Assembly (NCBI RefSeq): GCF_009914755.1
Contig: NC_060942.1
Direction: 5' to 3' (one strand)
DNA from: the human T2T-CHM13v2.0 reference genome, Homo sapiens
Length of the DNA stretch: 64,000 nucleotides
Shown: positions 12,808 to 24,850 of the stretch, piece after piece
Numbering within the stretch: position 1 is the first letter of the stretch
Layout: the number at the start of each line of letters is the position of its first letter
Notes under the pieces: generated by a model
Seen by the model: the letters and a program-made list of their open reading frames with translations, nothing else
Told to the model about the DNA's origin: nothing
Databases searched by the model: none
Position numbers and translations under genes: made by a program

Positions 12808-13344
12808 TGTTATAAATTAAGTTCTGATGCCGCAAAAGAAATAGCACTTGAATATAAAATTTTCTTTTTAATTCTCAGCAAGGCAATATACTTCTGTAGA
12901 AGGGTACAACCTTACAGATGGAGCAATGGTGAGCACAAACTTGGACAATGGAAGGGAAGGGGGTCTTATCCCTGATGCATGTGGCCCCTGCTGCTGTGTC
13001 ATTTCCTTATTGGCTAAGGTTAGACCGCACAGGCTAAACTAATTCTGACTGGGTAATTTAAAGCGAGTGATGGGGTGAGTCGTTTGGTGGGAAAAATGGT
13101 TATGGCAGAGCAGGAAATCAGAATGAGTCAGGGTGGAGAATGAGCAGGTAATTGGAATGAGTCGGAGTGGAGCAGGTAATCGGAATGAGTCAGGGTGCAG
13201 CAGGTAATTGGAATGAGTCAGGGTGGAGCAGGTAATTGAAAAAGGTTGCTTTATGAGGAAGTCAAGTTTAAAAGTAGAAGGCAAAGAATTGAACATACTG
13301 ACATATTGATTCTTTGAAGAGAAATTTAGAACTCATACCTAACA
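12808..13344 (-). mobile_element. Solo LTR10A/LTR10F-like LTR (HERV-I) nested in MER61-int
   Basis: Reverse complement begins TGTTAGGTATGAGTTCTAAATTTCTCTTCAAAGAATCAATATGTCAG. 4-bp TSD CAGT at 12804-12807 and 13345-13348. About 28-bp TGAGTCA-containing repeats. Confidence 0.9.
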
Positions 13345-14335
13345 CAGTACCAAAGGAGGGCACCACACATTAACCAGGCCCCCTGCTTACAACAGCAGCA
13401 CAAAAGCCTGGAGACATGCAACACCATCCCACTATCCCAACACGCAGTAAACTTCAGATTCTAAACAATTTTAGGGTCAAGCAGCATTGAAACTGTGAGA
13501 TAAACTTCTAAGGAGACCTCAGAACCTCTGCCAAGCACGAACCCTTTGTGCAGGTTGAGGTCTGCAGGACCCACAGAGCATCCTCCTGTGGGGTCCAATC
13601 TTAGAGTTTCAGATGTCTCTGACCTTACTTAGGTGGGAACCAGTGCCACTTTGCATGCATTCCCACCAGAACCTGCTATGAGCTTTCCTTCAGTACCTGG
13701 GTGTAATCCTCGATTTTTAGCATCCTTATAATTTGATAAGGCCATGCTTTCCCATGCTTCCCATTCCATGAACTTTAATGATAGGAACTGGAGGCTGGGT
13801 GGGTTTCCTCTGACTTGGCCGGTTGAATAGGGGAAGGGAAGAATTTAGCATGAGAAAAGAAGGTTTAAGTCTCCTGAAACATGTGCAATTTGCTTCAAGC
13901 TGTGCCACATGTAGGGATCAGGGACCACACGTGGAAAAGATAAAAAAAAAAAGTCTTTCCCACTTTAGGGCAAGGCAAATATTCCCATTCATTTCTAGGC
14001 CTTCAGGCAGTACTAGGGAGTCACCCCAGCCAACTGCCCTCAATTTCCAAGGAGCTACGAGGAAACAGCCTCTGAAAGACTGAAAAAGAAAGAAAGAAAA
14101 AAAATTTGGAAAAGACCTGGGTTCCTAAAGTGAACTGGGTGGTAGTGGTCAGGCTTCTCCACATGGAAACTCCTCAGTTTCACTAGCCATGGCCAGAATC
14201 CTGCAGTTGCTTCCATGTTTAGGTGCTGCCCACCAAGCGTCCCAGGTTGGAAAGGAAAAGAGCTTTCCTGTATGGAGAAGAAAGGAAAAAGAGAAAGGAG
14301 AAGAATAAATTCCAAACTTTGGGCTTACATCTTCC

Positions 14336-14352
14336 CCCTGGCTGGCTCACCA
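14336..14352 (-). promoter_or_regulatory. Retroviral primer binding site, tRNA-Arg-like
   Basis: Minus strand TGGTGAGCCAGCCAGG a few nt downstream of the 5' LTR. Confidence 0.7.
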
Positions 14353-14357
14353 AAATA

Positions 14358-14705
14358 TGCTAACGATAGAAGGGTGTCCAGTTCTTGAACAAAAAAATTG
14401 GACAAAACAGACAAACAAAGAAAGGAAGGAATGCAGGGATTTACTGAAAATGAAAGTACACTCCACAGTGTGGGAGCGGGCCCAAGCATAGGCGCTCAAA
14501 GGCCCCGTTAACAGAATTTTGGGGAGTGAAAAACCCCCTAGAGGATTACACTGGGGTACACTGTATGTAAAAGGAGAGGATGAAGTGAAATTACAAGGTC
14601 ATTTACTTGGCCTACGCCTCATGGACCTCTCCATATTTCCTGTTATAGCTGAAGTGTGGAATCAGCCTTATGTTTCCTGCCTCCAGATCCTATTTTCCTG
14701 CCTCA
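14358..14705 (-). mobile_element. MER61 5' LTR
   Basis: Colinear with 7249-7604 (e.g. 'cttgaacaaa..aattggacaaaa', 'atagctgaagtgtg', 'ctattttcctgcctca'). Confidence 0.88.
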
Positions 14706-16598
14706 TTGGGAAAACATATCTTCAAAAACAACTCGATTTGGTGAGGGAAAAAATGTGTTTATAATTCAGTTAAATTATGGTGCCATCTATATGGGACTAG
14801 AGCCCAATTAGAGCTTGATAAGAAATTAGAGGGTTTTGGTATTACCAATTATTCTATGTGATAACAATGTTCGAAAATTTTTCAATGTAATTTCAGAGGC
14901 ATCTAGGGAATATCTGTCATGAGTTGATCTTCTTTTTAATAAAATACTCACAACTCCTGGATTCTTTATTAGGCTTCCCAAATCATTTGCTTTTTGCTTC
15001 TTATTTTAGCTATGGAACTCATTATTCAGAGACCCAAAGCCTCCTTGTGCTCTGGACTATTTGTGTTCAAGCTCCACAAATTCTTATGCCTTAAATAAGT
15101 CCATGGCCCTTATTTTTCAGTCAGAATAGACACTGTATGTAAAGAAATAAAAACATACCAGCATCTTCATGCCTTTTTGATGCATAATTAAAGCAAAGCA
15201 ATCTTAAATTAAAAAATCAAGCTACCACACTTTCAATCTGCACTTTAATATTGGGATAGAAATTCCAATTCTGCCCTTACTTTTGAATCAAATAAAGGGC
15301 CCCTGTTTTTGACTCCATATAAACATGTTTTTGACACCTTTCATTGCACTGTGATTGTCTATAATTTATTATCCAGGCCAGTTATTTTGCTATCATTACC
15401 ATGGGTTTCAATTAAGCCAGGTGCTTAAGAACATACAAATTTAATGTGTTATTTCAGTGAATGCAACACTAGACTGTAAAGATGACAAAGAACTCCTGAG
15501 CCCAAATTATCCAAGCTTTAGGTAATGTTTTCTGTATTAATAGAGCAGCTCTTGCAGCAATAATTTATTCTGAATAGTGTAATAAAAGGTAGCTGGCATC
15601 ATCAACTAGCAAGTTATTATGAATTTGAAGAGAGTTTTGAAACCTCAAGCTGGAGAGCAACCGCAATTTCATTAAAATAAGGCATTGAATCAAAGATGTT
15701 CCCATCACAAGTACATTGATACAACAGAATAAAACATTGTGCTATTTCTTCCTATTAGTTCCATGATGAATTGCAAAACTGATATAACATATTTCTAGAA
15801 ACTGGGAACATGTATATCACATATGATTTAACCAAATAGACAATGTGTATTGTTAAAAAGCTTTGTTTTGACTTTGAAACAAAATCATTTAGACCAAAAA
15901 TATACTATATATACAGTATGCAGTGTGACATATTTGTATTCATAAATAATGATCTGTATTAGGACTGTTATCCAAAAAATATCTATGTCCTAGCACATAG
16001 TGGTTGGCTGAACAATTATGAGTCTTGTAAAATAATTCAGAGCTTATGTTTTAAAATAGCACACTGAACACATGAATGACTTCTCACTTCCTAAAACCCA
16101 ACTGAAACTATACTATTTGGATACAAATAAAAAGGTGGAAATCCTCGATGACAAGAAAATGAGAAAAGAGATAGCAACAACATTTGAAAGCTGGAAGAAA
16201 GTTGGGTAAATATTGCCTGAAATAGTAAATCTAAGAGAGATGAAGTTGAAGGCACCAAAGACTCTAAAAATTTGATCTTGAGATGAAATCCTTGAAAGGC
16301 TCAGGAATTGGTAGCCATGGGAAACCTTTAATGTGGAGGGGGAGGGGTACTGAAAGTAGGGAGATTCAGATTTCTTTTCTCAGTCATCTCAGGTAGGAAT
16401 GCTTATCTTCTGAAATAGGAGTGAGAGTTCATTCTGGAGAAAGTTAATCAGAGTGACTGACAGTGCTGCAGGGACATCTGAAGATTTTGGTTGTGCTACA
16501 AAGTGTATCTCCCTCGTACACTTTCTTGGGAGACTACTGGAGGTTGTCTTTTGCCAACATAAAAAGTAAACAAAGTAATAGAACACATAGGACATAAG

Positions 16599-17067
16599 TG
16601 AAAGATTCTCCCAGGGGCCTGAAGGCTTGAAGGGATGAGTAACTCCTCCCTTCTCAGGCCCAGTCCCAAGGCACAAGGCCACTTGTGCCAGCAGCGTGCG
16701 TCAGCAAGATAGCAGAAACAGGAAGAGAGCTGGCCAAAAGACACCTACCCTGGCCAGAAGATACCTACCCTGGCCGGAAGACACCTACCCTGGCCAGAAA
16801 ACACCTACCCTGCCCTGAAGACACGTACCCCTGAAAATCGAGAAAGAGGCCATCCGGATACTAACGGTAGCAGTCACGTCAGACTGGGACACTTCCTGTT
16901 TACAGAGGACTATAAAACCCCTGCCCCATCCTCATTTGGGGCTGACGCCATTTTAGGCTTCAGCGCGTCTGCACCCAGGCGCTCAATAAAACAGGGTGTT
17001 CCTCCACACCACCTAATGTTGTCTGTTGGCACGTTCTCCGGGTTCGAACAAATACAAGAACCTTTCA
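16599..17067 (+). mobile_element. Solo LTR, LTR3-like (HERV-K3/HML-6)
   Basis: tgaaagattctccc...aagaacctttca. TSD ATAAG at 16594-16598 and 17068-17072. TATAAAA near 16910 and AATAAA near 16985. Family name from recall. Confidence 0.75.
16730..16830 (+). repeat. 20-bp minisatellite inside the LTR (about 5 units)
   Basis: Unit ctggccagaagacacctacc repeated with period 20. Confidence 0.9.
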
Positions 17068-17437
17068 ATAAGAAACAAAAAATTCACCACAGAAGATAGA
17101 AAAGGGACATTCCAGGTTGATGTGAAAATGAAATGCTGTAATGGCATTTGTTCATTAACCCTAATGAGGGAAGCCATTTTCTACAGGAGCATGAAGAGAG
17201 GGTCTCTAGGAGAGAATTCCCCAGGTGTAGGTGTTTGAGTACCTTGAGAGAAGGATTATGCGCCTAGCAGAAAATTGTGTGATAATTAATCAAAGGCACA
17301 TGGATAACTAAACACAACAGAAATGCGCATTAATCATTAATTTCAAGGAAAAAAATGTTGCACAAGAAAGAAAATGAAAATTTATATAGCGAAGCTTAGC
17401 TGCAACTTATATTTTTAGCCATGATAGTGTAAAGAAT

Positions 17438-17923
17438 TGTATTAATACTTGTTTTCTATTGCCATATAACAAATTATCACGAAACTTAGCATCTTAAAGA
17501 CATACAAATGTATGATTTATGTTATTGTTGTCAGGATTCATTTCCTTGTGATTGTATGACGGAGAGCCCTGGCTTCTTACTGTCTTTTTTCATCTTCTAG
17601 AGGCCACCAGCAGTTCCCTGCCATGTGGTCCTCTCTACTTCCTGTAAAACAATCCTGAGTTCCAGGAAGAAACACACCCAGCTAACACATTGCTTGTTTG
17701 CTTCCTCAAGGCCAGAAGGAGTGTTTCTTTCTCCAGTCTGCTAACACAGAGTCTTATATAAGGTAATCAAATCAAGGAGCTCACAACCAATCACCTTTCT
17801 TACATTGCTTTGACTAGAAGTAAGTAACAGGTTCCATCCACATTCAAGGGGAGGTGATTTTACATGATGTACCACCAAGGGCCAAACATCTTGGGGACCA
17901 ACTTAAAATTCTGTTTAACACCA
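17438..17923 (-). mobile_element. MLT1-family MaLR LTR
   Basis: 'gttttctattgccatataacaaattatcacgaaacttagc', 'ggattcatttccttgtgattgta' and 'gactagaagtaagtaacaggttccatccacattcaagggga'. Confidence 0.7.
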
Positions 17924-20900
17924 TATTAAATATGAATTTTAAAAATAGCTTGAAATGGCAATATTGGAAAATTAGAGGAAAATATAGTACATGGAGGTTT
18001 ATAAGATCTAATTTTTTTCATATTCCAACAGTTGGTAATATCTAAAACAAAAACAGTTAAAAATATTAGTTTAAGAAAACTAAGAATATGAAAAAATATG
18101 TCAGAAGAAAAATATTTAATCTTGTTCTATATTTTGCAAAGAGAAAATTAAATCAGCAATCGAAAAATATAAGTAACATTTCACCTAAAAAACAGAAATG
18201 GATTTAAGAGAATAAAGTAGATAACAGAACTACTAAAAGAAAGGTGGATGAGAAAGAAAAAAGTTAACTTAGACTTGGATGTAGAGATTATTGAAATGAA
18301 GATAATCATTCCAGGACACATGGCTAGAAGTATCATGTGGGCAACAAGCAGAAAATTGAACGTATGTTTCTAATAGTTTATCTGAGACTATTTCCTCCTA
18401 TATATATAGGGTTTTCAAGAAATAAAGATCAGATACGATAATTTGTCAGAACACCATACACACTAAGGTAGCAGTAGTTTAAGAGAAATTTGTTAAATCG
18501 ATTTTTCAAAAATGTATTCATTTAATCAGTATTCAATAAATAACATATGGAAGACTTTTGGACAACCGTGTTATGTAAAATAATATAGTAAAATGGAAAA
18601 AATGATGTGAGGGATTAATATTTACCTAAGAAATTTGCATTAGTCACAGACATATCAATGGAAATATTATTGTTAGAAAGTTACATTCAGCCACTTCACC
18701 AGCAAAAATACAGAGTAGAATTCTCATGACTACTAATATCCTGTGTGTGTGTACATGTGTGTGTGGATCTTTTGGGAAAGGGGCAAGAAACAGCAACAGG
18801 TACATATAAATAGAGAAATATCTCTGGTTTAAAATTTCAACTTATATGTCTCTATATATGAATATGCCATGCAAAAGAGCATTTGCCCCTTAAAAACAGA
18901 TGGTCCTAAGGGTTTCTTCTGAACATCATTTTGGAGTTTGGTAGCAAACAAGTTAGGACCACAACTGAAATTTTAAGGAGCATCTGGAAATAAAATGAAA
19001 GTTAAGCAAAAGGAGAACATAAAGAATGTGAGCTATCCAGTGAATGGAGAGTCCAATAGATGGATTCAGACATTAACAAGCATTTGAAAAATCATAGCCA
19101 GAGGCCAACATTCCAAAATGATAGAATGAAGTAATTCCAAAATAATGGAATATTCTCCTTCTAAGAAAGTTTCATTTTATCTTCTATCTAAAGCAAGACA
19201 GATACTGTCCCAGCTATTTCACCTTCAATTTTACTTTGCACAGCAAATATATCAATCAGTAGTAAACCCTGACACAAACATGAAATTCTCATGTCTTGTA
19301 ATCATTCATTTTATGAATAATGAAATCACTTTTAAATCTGCCCATCATGACAGGACAGGAGGGCTAGAGCAGAGGAAAGGGAGAGGAAAAAAGAAATATA
19401 GAAATTGAGCTAGAAAGAATATTCATTCTATCCACTAGTATAGTGAGGTTCAAAATTCTAAAAATAACTCATCAAAAATTATAAAATCCTGCACTGATGT
19501 CATCAATAATAAGAGATAAGAGAATGGAGCTGAAAATACTGGTTAAAACAAAACAAAACAAACACTGATAAAATTAAAGGGAAAAAATCATTTGGCTTTT
19601 CAGGAAAACAAAGCAAGAAAACAGCAACAATAACAATGGCAGTGTGGTTCACTGAGTATGTGCCCAGGGCATGAAAGAGAAGAGCACAATTTCCCTGACA
19701 GAGCTGAGATTGTGTTCTGCTTACTTCTGTGGGAATCGGGGGTAGGTGTGCAGCTGTTAAATGATACATGTTATTTACTCTAATACAATTAAATGTTATG
19801 GATTAAGACAACATTTCATATCAGCACTAAATATAGATGTTATATAATGGTAAAATGAACTTAAGCAAGTCAAGTATCTGCTCTTGTTTTGCTGTATAAA
19901 GAACAATATTTTAATAATAGAAGGATTTGTGAAACTATTTATAATTTATAATTATATGACTTGAAAGTAGCTATTTTCATTTCAAGTTTTACACCTAACT
20001 TCCTTTTGTGTCTTTTTTGAACAATCGTACTTCCTCTTAACTTGATGAATTCTAGTTTTCAAGATTGATATAGTCTAAATTGTGACTTTTCAAAATAGAA
20101 TTAAATTCTATTAAAAAATAACATTAAATATGAAAGTAAAATATAGTTATACACAGGAAAACATTACTGACTAATTCCAAGAGTGTTTTAAAATAAAATA
20201 GGACAATCTTAGCTAGCCTGAAAAGATTCAGATGATCATATGCTATGACACGCTGAGTAACATGCTTTCAAACATCACTATCAATCCATCAACAAACTAA
20301 AATAAAATTATCCAAATTTCAATATAAGATTTAAGAATATTTAAAGTAACTTTGAAAAGTTGTCAGACTCTGGTAATTTAGCAATTGATTTTATTTGAAT
20401 AGTTTATAAGAAATAGTATTAAGACTCCCATTATTTTCTGATTCTAAAAACTAAAATCAGAAGTATAACAAAGAGAAGAGCTGAGGATGTTTGTGTGAAA
20501 ATGGAAGTCAGAAATGGTTCCTTAAGAAAATGATGGAGTATAAAGAATTTGGCCAATTGTGATCCCTCAGCACAGAAGGTCAAAGCTACCTGAAGTTAAT
20601 TCTGCTTTCTGAAGCACACCAATGTGAAGATGAAGACATGCTGCTCCCAAATGACTTAGGATCAGCAAGTGCTTATTTACTATCTTGTTTAATAAGTGCT
20701 TAAGTTTCACTGCAGAACAGGCTTGATATCACCATGATACTATGAACATAACCCATTAATATTAATATGAATTATATATGCTATGCAAAGGTTTGAAAGA
20801 TGTGCATCGGTTATTTTCTAAGTTGTTGGTCAGTTTCTAATAATATGGATGCACCATGTAGGTTACCACTTTGAATAAAAAGGTGATATTTATAAAACAG

Positions 20901-22189
20901 TGAGAAGACATCTTTAGTATTAAAATTGGAAAGATAGAAGGAAGAAAGTTTTCAGAATTTTTCATAAATTTTCATTATAATCCAGTTAAACCCAGTAAAA
21001 TAGTTATAATAATCTCTGCAGCATGAAAGTATATCAAATTTGGCATGTTTGCAATATTTTCATTTAAATTTAAGGAATATATTTTTCTTTGTTGTTACAG
21101 AGTAAACTAAGTGAAAATAAACCATCTAAATGCCTAATGCTCATATACCAATATGTTAATTTTAAGTAGAGCATCAAAGTGGGTGAAAGAACATTCATAA
21201 TTAATAAAAATAGCTGACTATCCAATTTTAGAGCAATTCAAAAATCCAACTCAAATATGGAGCACCAATTCTCTATCAGTAACACAGTAAACAAGTGAAA
21301 TTAACTTCATGAGTGTTTTGAAAAATTAAGAAAATGATGACATAAAAATAGATGTCTTTATTGCTACTCATTCCTGAGATGCATCAACTATTGATCATCA
21401 TGAATATGCACCTAGAATCTTGTTTGATTCCATGGAACTTAAAATGAGCATTATTTTACTAAAATTGAAAGCATCTTAGGAGCTTTTAGCATGTTTGTCA
21501 CTTTAACTTGATTACAAAATTTTTCATGTGAACACAAATATTTTTAAACCACGTTGATACTAAAAAAAACTAGAATTAAAATGTATGTAAATTATATTAA
21601 TATAGTCTCTAAAATATACTGCATTTTTATTTTGAGAAATTGGATTTTATGTTTTCATGAAACTTAACAATGTGGTAAAAATAACTATATAATTTCTGAT
21701 TATAAATTTACTTTATCCACTTTCATAATACTTGATCTTTTATAGCTCATAATGAATATCAATCAGTAAATAAAATTTTTCATAAAAATAACTTCATATG
21801 AAATGATTACTAGTAGTTAAATCAAGGAAGCACAAGTTGTCATTTTAACTAACAGACTACAATAAAAAACACATGTAAAATAAAAAGACTACACATTTAA
21901 ACCTTTGGAAAATGTATTCAGAATTAGTAAAATGTTAACTTTACAAGCTTTAGGTGAACATACCATTCCCTGAGTTGTATCCTGTAGTGTGCTGCACTAG
22001 CTAACCAATCAATTTAAATTGACATTTTGCTAGAACAGGAGTATTTGGGGAATAAAAGATGAACACCCTTTCATCCTTACTCATAAATCAGTTCTGTTCT
22101 GTGCACAAAATGTAGAAAATCCGTTAGCTCAAGTTATCAAAATACAATCCTAGTAAAACAGCTGCATTTTTTTCCTTTGGCCAATGTAA

Positions 22190-22227
22190 AGTCATAAAAA
22201 GTGAGCATAGTCATAAAAAGTGAGCAT
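22190..22227. repeat. 19-bp perfect tandem duplication
   Basis: agtcataaaaagtgagcat x2. Confidence 0.9.
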
Positions 22228-22676
22228 AAAGTATAAACCAAGAATGTTATTGTAATCACAATTGCTATAAAACACCATTTTATTACCCCCAAAAACATAC
22301 TTTTAATGTATGTTCTTTATGTTATAAACAGGAGATTGGCTAGTAGGACATTTACAATGAAAGCACATATAATTTTAAATAGCTCTTATTTTAATCTTTA
22401 AGGAAACTAACCAGTCCTTGTGAAAACAGTCCAGAAAATATATTATATGGACGGAGTGATAGGATTTTCCTTAATCTTGCTAGTGATTGTGTCTGCTAAG
22501 CAGAAGGGTAATGCATGCTGAATCTTGACAAGCTATTTGTGTTTTGGCCTTATTAAGTTTTGACCCATTTCAGTAATTCATTCTGAGCACATCATTCCTT
22601 ACTGAAAGACATTCTTGGCCTTAAATAGCTTTAACTGTGTCTGTAGATGACCTCTCATTTGGACTTTCTAGCAGAA

Positions 22677-23160
22677 TATGGTGGTTTTAAAAGATGTTCA
22701 CCTATTATTTAATAGCCTTCCCCTTCAAAAGGCAGAACCCAATTCCTCTTTCCTTAAGTGTGGGTGGTACTATGTGATTTGCTTCTAACCAATACAATAT
22801 AGAAGAAATGACTGTGTGGTGTCTTGAGATTCAGAAATAAAAGACGTTATTACTTCTTCCTTATGCTTTCTATTGGATTGTCTTTCTCTCAAGTAAGTAG
22901 CTTCAGTGTATTGAGGACATCCAAGCAGTCCTATATCAGTTCTGTAACCTGCAGCCACAGTCATATGAATGGGCCATCTAGGAAATGGAAAACTCCAGTC
23001 CCAGTTACAATTCCAAGGTGCAGCCCAGCCACCCTCATGAAAGACCCAAATTCAGAACGACCCAAATGACCTCCTGGATTCTGAACTCTGAGAAACCATG
23101 TGAAATAGATATTTGTTGTTTCAAGTTTGGGGATCATTTGTTACACCAAGAATTACTTAT
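22677..23160 (+). mobile_element. MLT1F-like MaLR LTR
   Basis: 'aattcctctttccttaagtgtggg', 'gatttgcttctaaccaata' and 'tgttgtttcaagtttggggatcatttgttacacca'. Confidence 0.75.
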
Positions 23161-23162
23161 TA

Positions 23163-23480
23163 CAGCCATGCAACCCATAGGACACTTCAGTCAAGACTGG
23201 ACACATATACGACAGCATTCCCCTAAGAATATGATACTGTATTTTCACTATACTTTTTCTACATTTAGATATGTTTAGGTACACAAATATTTACCCTTGT
23301 GTTACAACTGTAGACAATAGTCAGTACAGTAACATACTGTACAGGTTTGCAGCCTAGATGCAATAGGCTACACCATACAGTCTCAGTGTGTAGTGGGCTA
23401 TAACGTCTGGATCTGTGGAAGTACACTCTATGATGTTGGCAGAATGACACAATTGCCTAACAATGACAAATGAATGACTG
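23163..23480 (+). mobile_element. Tigger3a (MER7A) TcMar DNA transposon
   Basis: Ends cagccatg...atgactg with TA on both sides. Internal 'cagtacagtaacatactgtacaggtttgcagcctag' and 'gtacactctatgatgtt'. Confidence 0.88.
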
Positions 23481-23699
23481 TATTTTATTCAGTCAACACT
23501 TGGAGCTGAAAAAAATGAATCTTTCTTATCAAAGTCTAATTGAAACAAGAGTTATTAGATCTTCTCGGACAATAAAAAGACCATACATAATTTTAACTGG
23601 TTACTTCCTTCTTGAATTACTTGCTATTTTTGCTTTGTATTTTGGTTCTATATATTTCGAAATCTCACTAGATATTATTATTGTCTTTGGTGCTGTTGT

Positions 23700-24850
23700 T
23701 GGACTGTTGATTTATGCAATCAATATTTGTAAAGTCTCTCTTTCTTCCCCTGAAAATGCTTTTCCTTCACCTTTATTCTTGCAAGATATTTATATCAGGT
23801 ATAGAATTAATGGTTGCCATTTTTTTGTGTTTAGTACTTCAGAATACCATTCCATTGTCATTTGTCTTCCTATTTTTTTCCTTCAGTCCATTATCATTCT
23901 AATTTTTGTTCCATTGCAAATAATAACCTTGCACTTTAACTGTCCTAAATTTGTTCTCTGTTTTTGATTCCATGTAGTTTTACTATGATGACTCTAAGAA
24001 TAGTTTATTGCATTCATCCTACTTTGGTTTCTCATGTTTTTTGAATTTCAGCCATTTTCTCTTCAAACATTACATCTGCTCAATCACATTCTTTTCCTCT
24101 CCCATACTTAAGTCAGGTATTTTATTTAACTTGTCTTCCGGATTATTCATTGTCTTTACAGCTGTCTTATCTACTATGAAATTTATCCACTGGATTTTTA
24201 ACTTCAATTATGTTTTTTCCCCAAGGTCAACAATTATCATTTTACTTAAGGTGTCTTGAATTATTTTATGTTTAAGCAAACTCATCAAGTTTTAGAGTCA
24301 ACAGTGTTTCTATGGTGTTAAAAAAACACATTTTCATAAATACATTTATCACTATTTGAGATTTTGTGTGAATATTTAATTTCCTAATCTGTGTGGAATG
24401 TATTCATTTTTATATATGAGGTGAAGTAGGGGATTGATTTCATTTTATATGAATAATTATATTTTACCTCCATTTATTGTAAAATCCTTCTTGTGGTCTA
24501 TGATATGGCTGGCCAATTGTATTATGTATCAATATTTTGTCCATGCAGATATACATTTCTGGACTCATTCTATTTCATTGATAATTTAGTACACCATGTT
24601 TCAGAGAAATCCATTATGAATTATTATGGACCCTGATACCTTATAGCTCACATTCCCAGTCTTTACTGTCATTCAGAGGGCTTTTTCTTACTCTTCCCTT
24701 TCTAGACATTCATATGCACTTCAAAATTGCTTTACAATTATAGATCAATTTGGAAAGAATTCCAACATGTACGATATTTTCCTTTCCATAAACATGGCTG
24801 GCATATGTCTCTACTTATTTAGATTTTCTCCAATTCCTTTGACTTTTTTT
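23700..24850 (-). mobile_element. Highly decayed L1M fragments, antisense
   Basis: T-rich, with motifs such as 'tatgaggtgaagtaggggatt', 'atttctggactc' and 'ttatagatcaatttggaaagaatt'. Confidence 0.55.

Larger units (their letters stand above)
7249..14705 (-). mobile_element. Two-LTR endogenous retrovirus-like element, MER61 (MER4 group, ERV1), decayed internal region
   Basis: Homologous LTRs at 7249-7604 and 14358-14705. Polypurine tract (tctcccccc on +) next to 7604. tRNA-Arg-like PBS next to 14358. Env-tail remnant. Flanks ttga/ttgg fit a 4-bp TSD with one change. Confidence 0.9.

Noticed and set aside
11197-13344. The two LTR10s as the ends of one provirus
   Set aside because: They are in opposite orientation with different repeat units, and the second has its own CAGT TSD. 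They are independent insertions.
11197-16830. Regularly spaced 20-29-bp repeats resembling CRISPR arrays
   Set aside because: These are head-to-tail tandem units without unique spacers, inside retroviral LTRs in primate DNA, with no cas genes.
23470-23967. Longest ORF (165 aa), hydrophobic, superficially like a membrane protein
   Set aside because: It overlaps the Tigger3a end and T-rich antisense L1M sequence. The F/L/I richness reflects base composition, and there is no recognisable domain.
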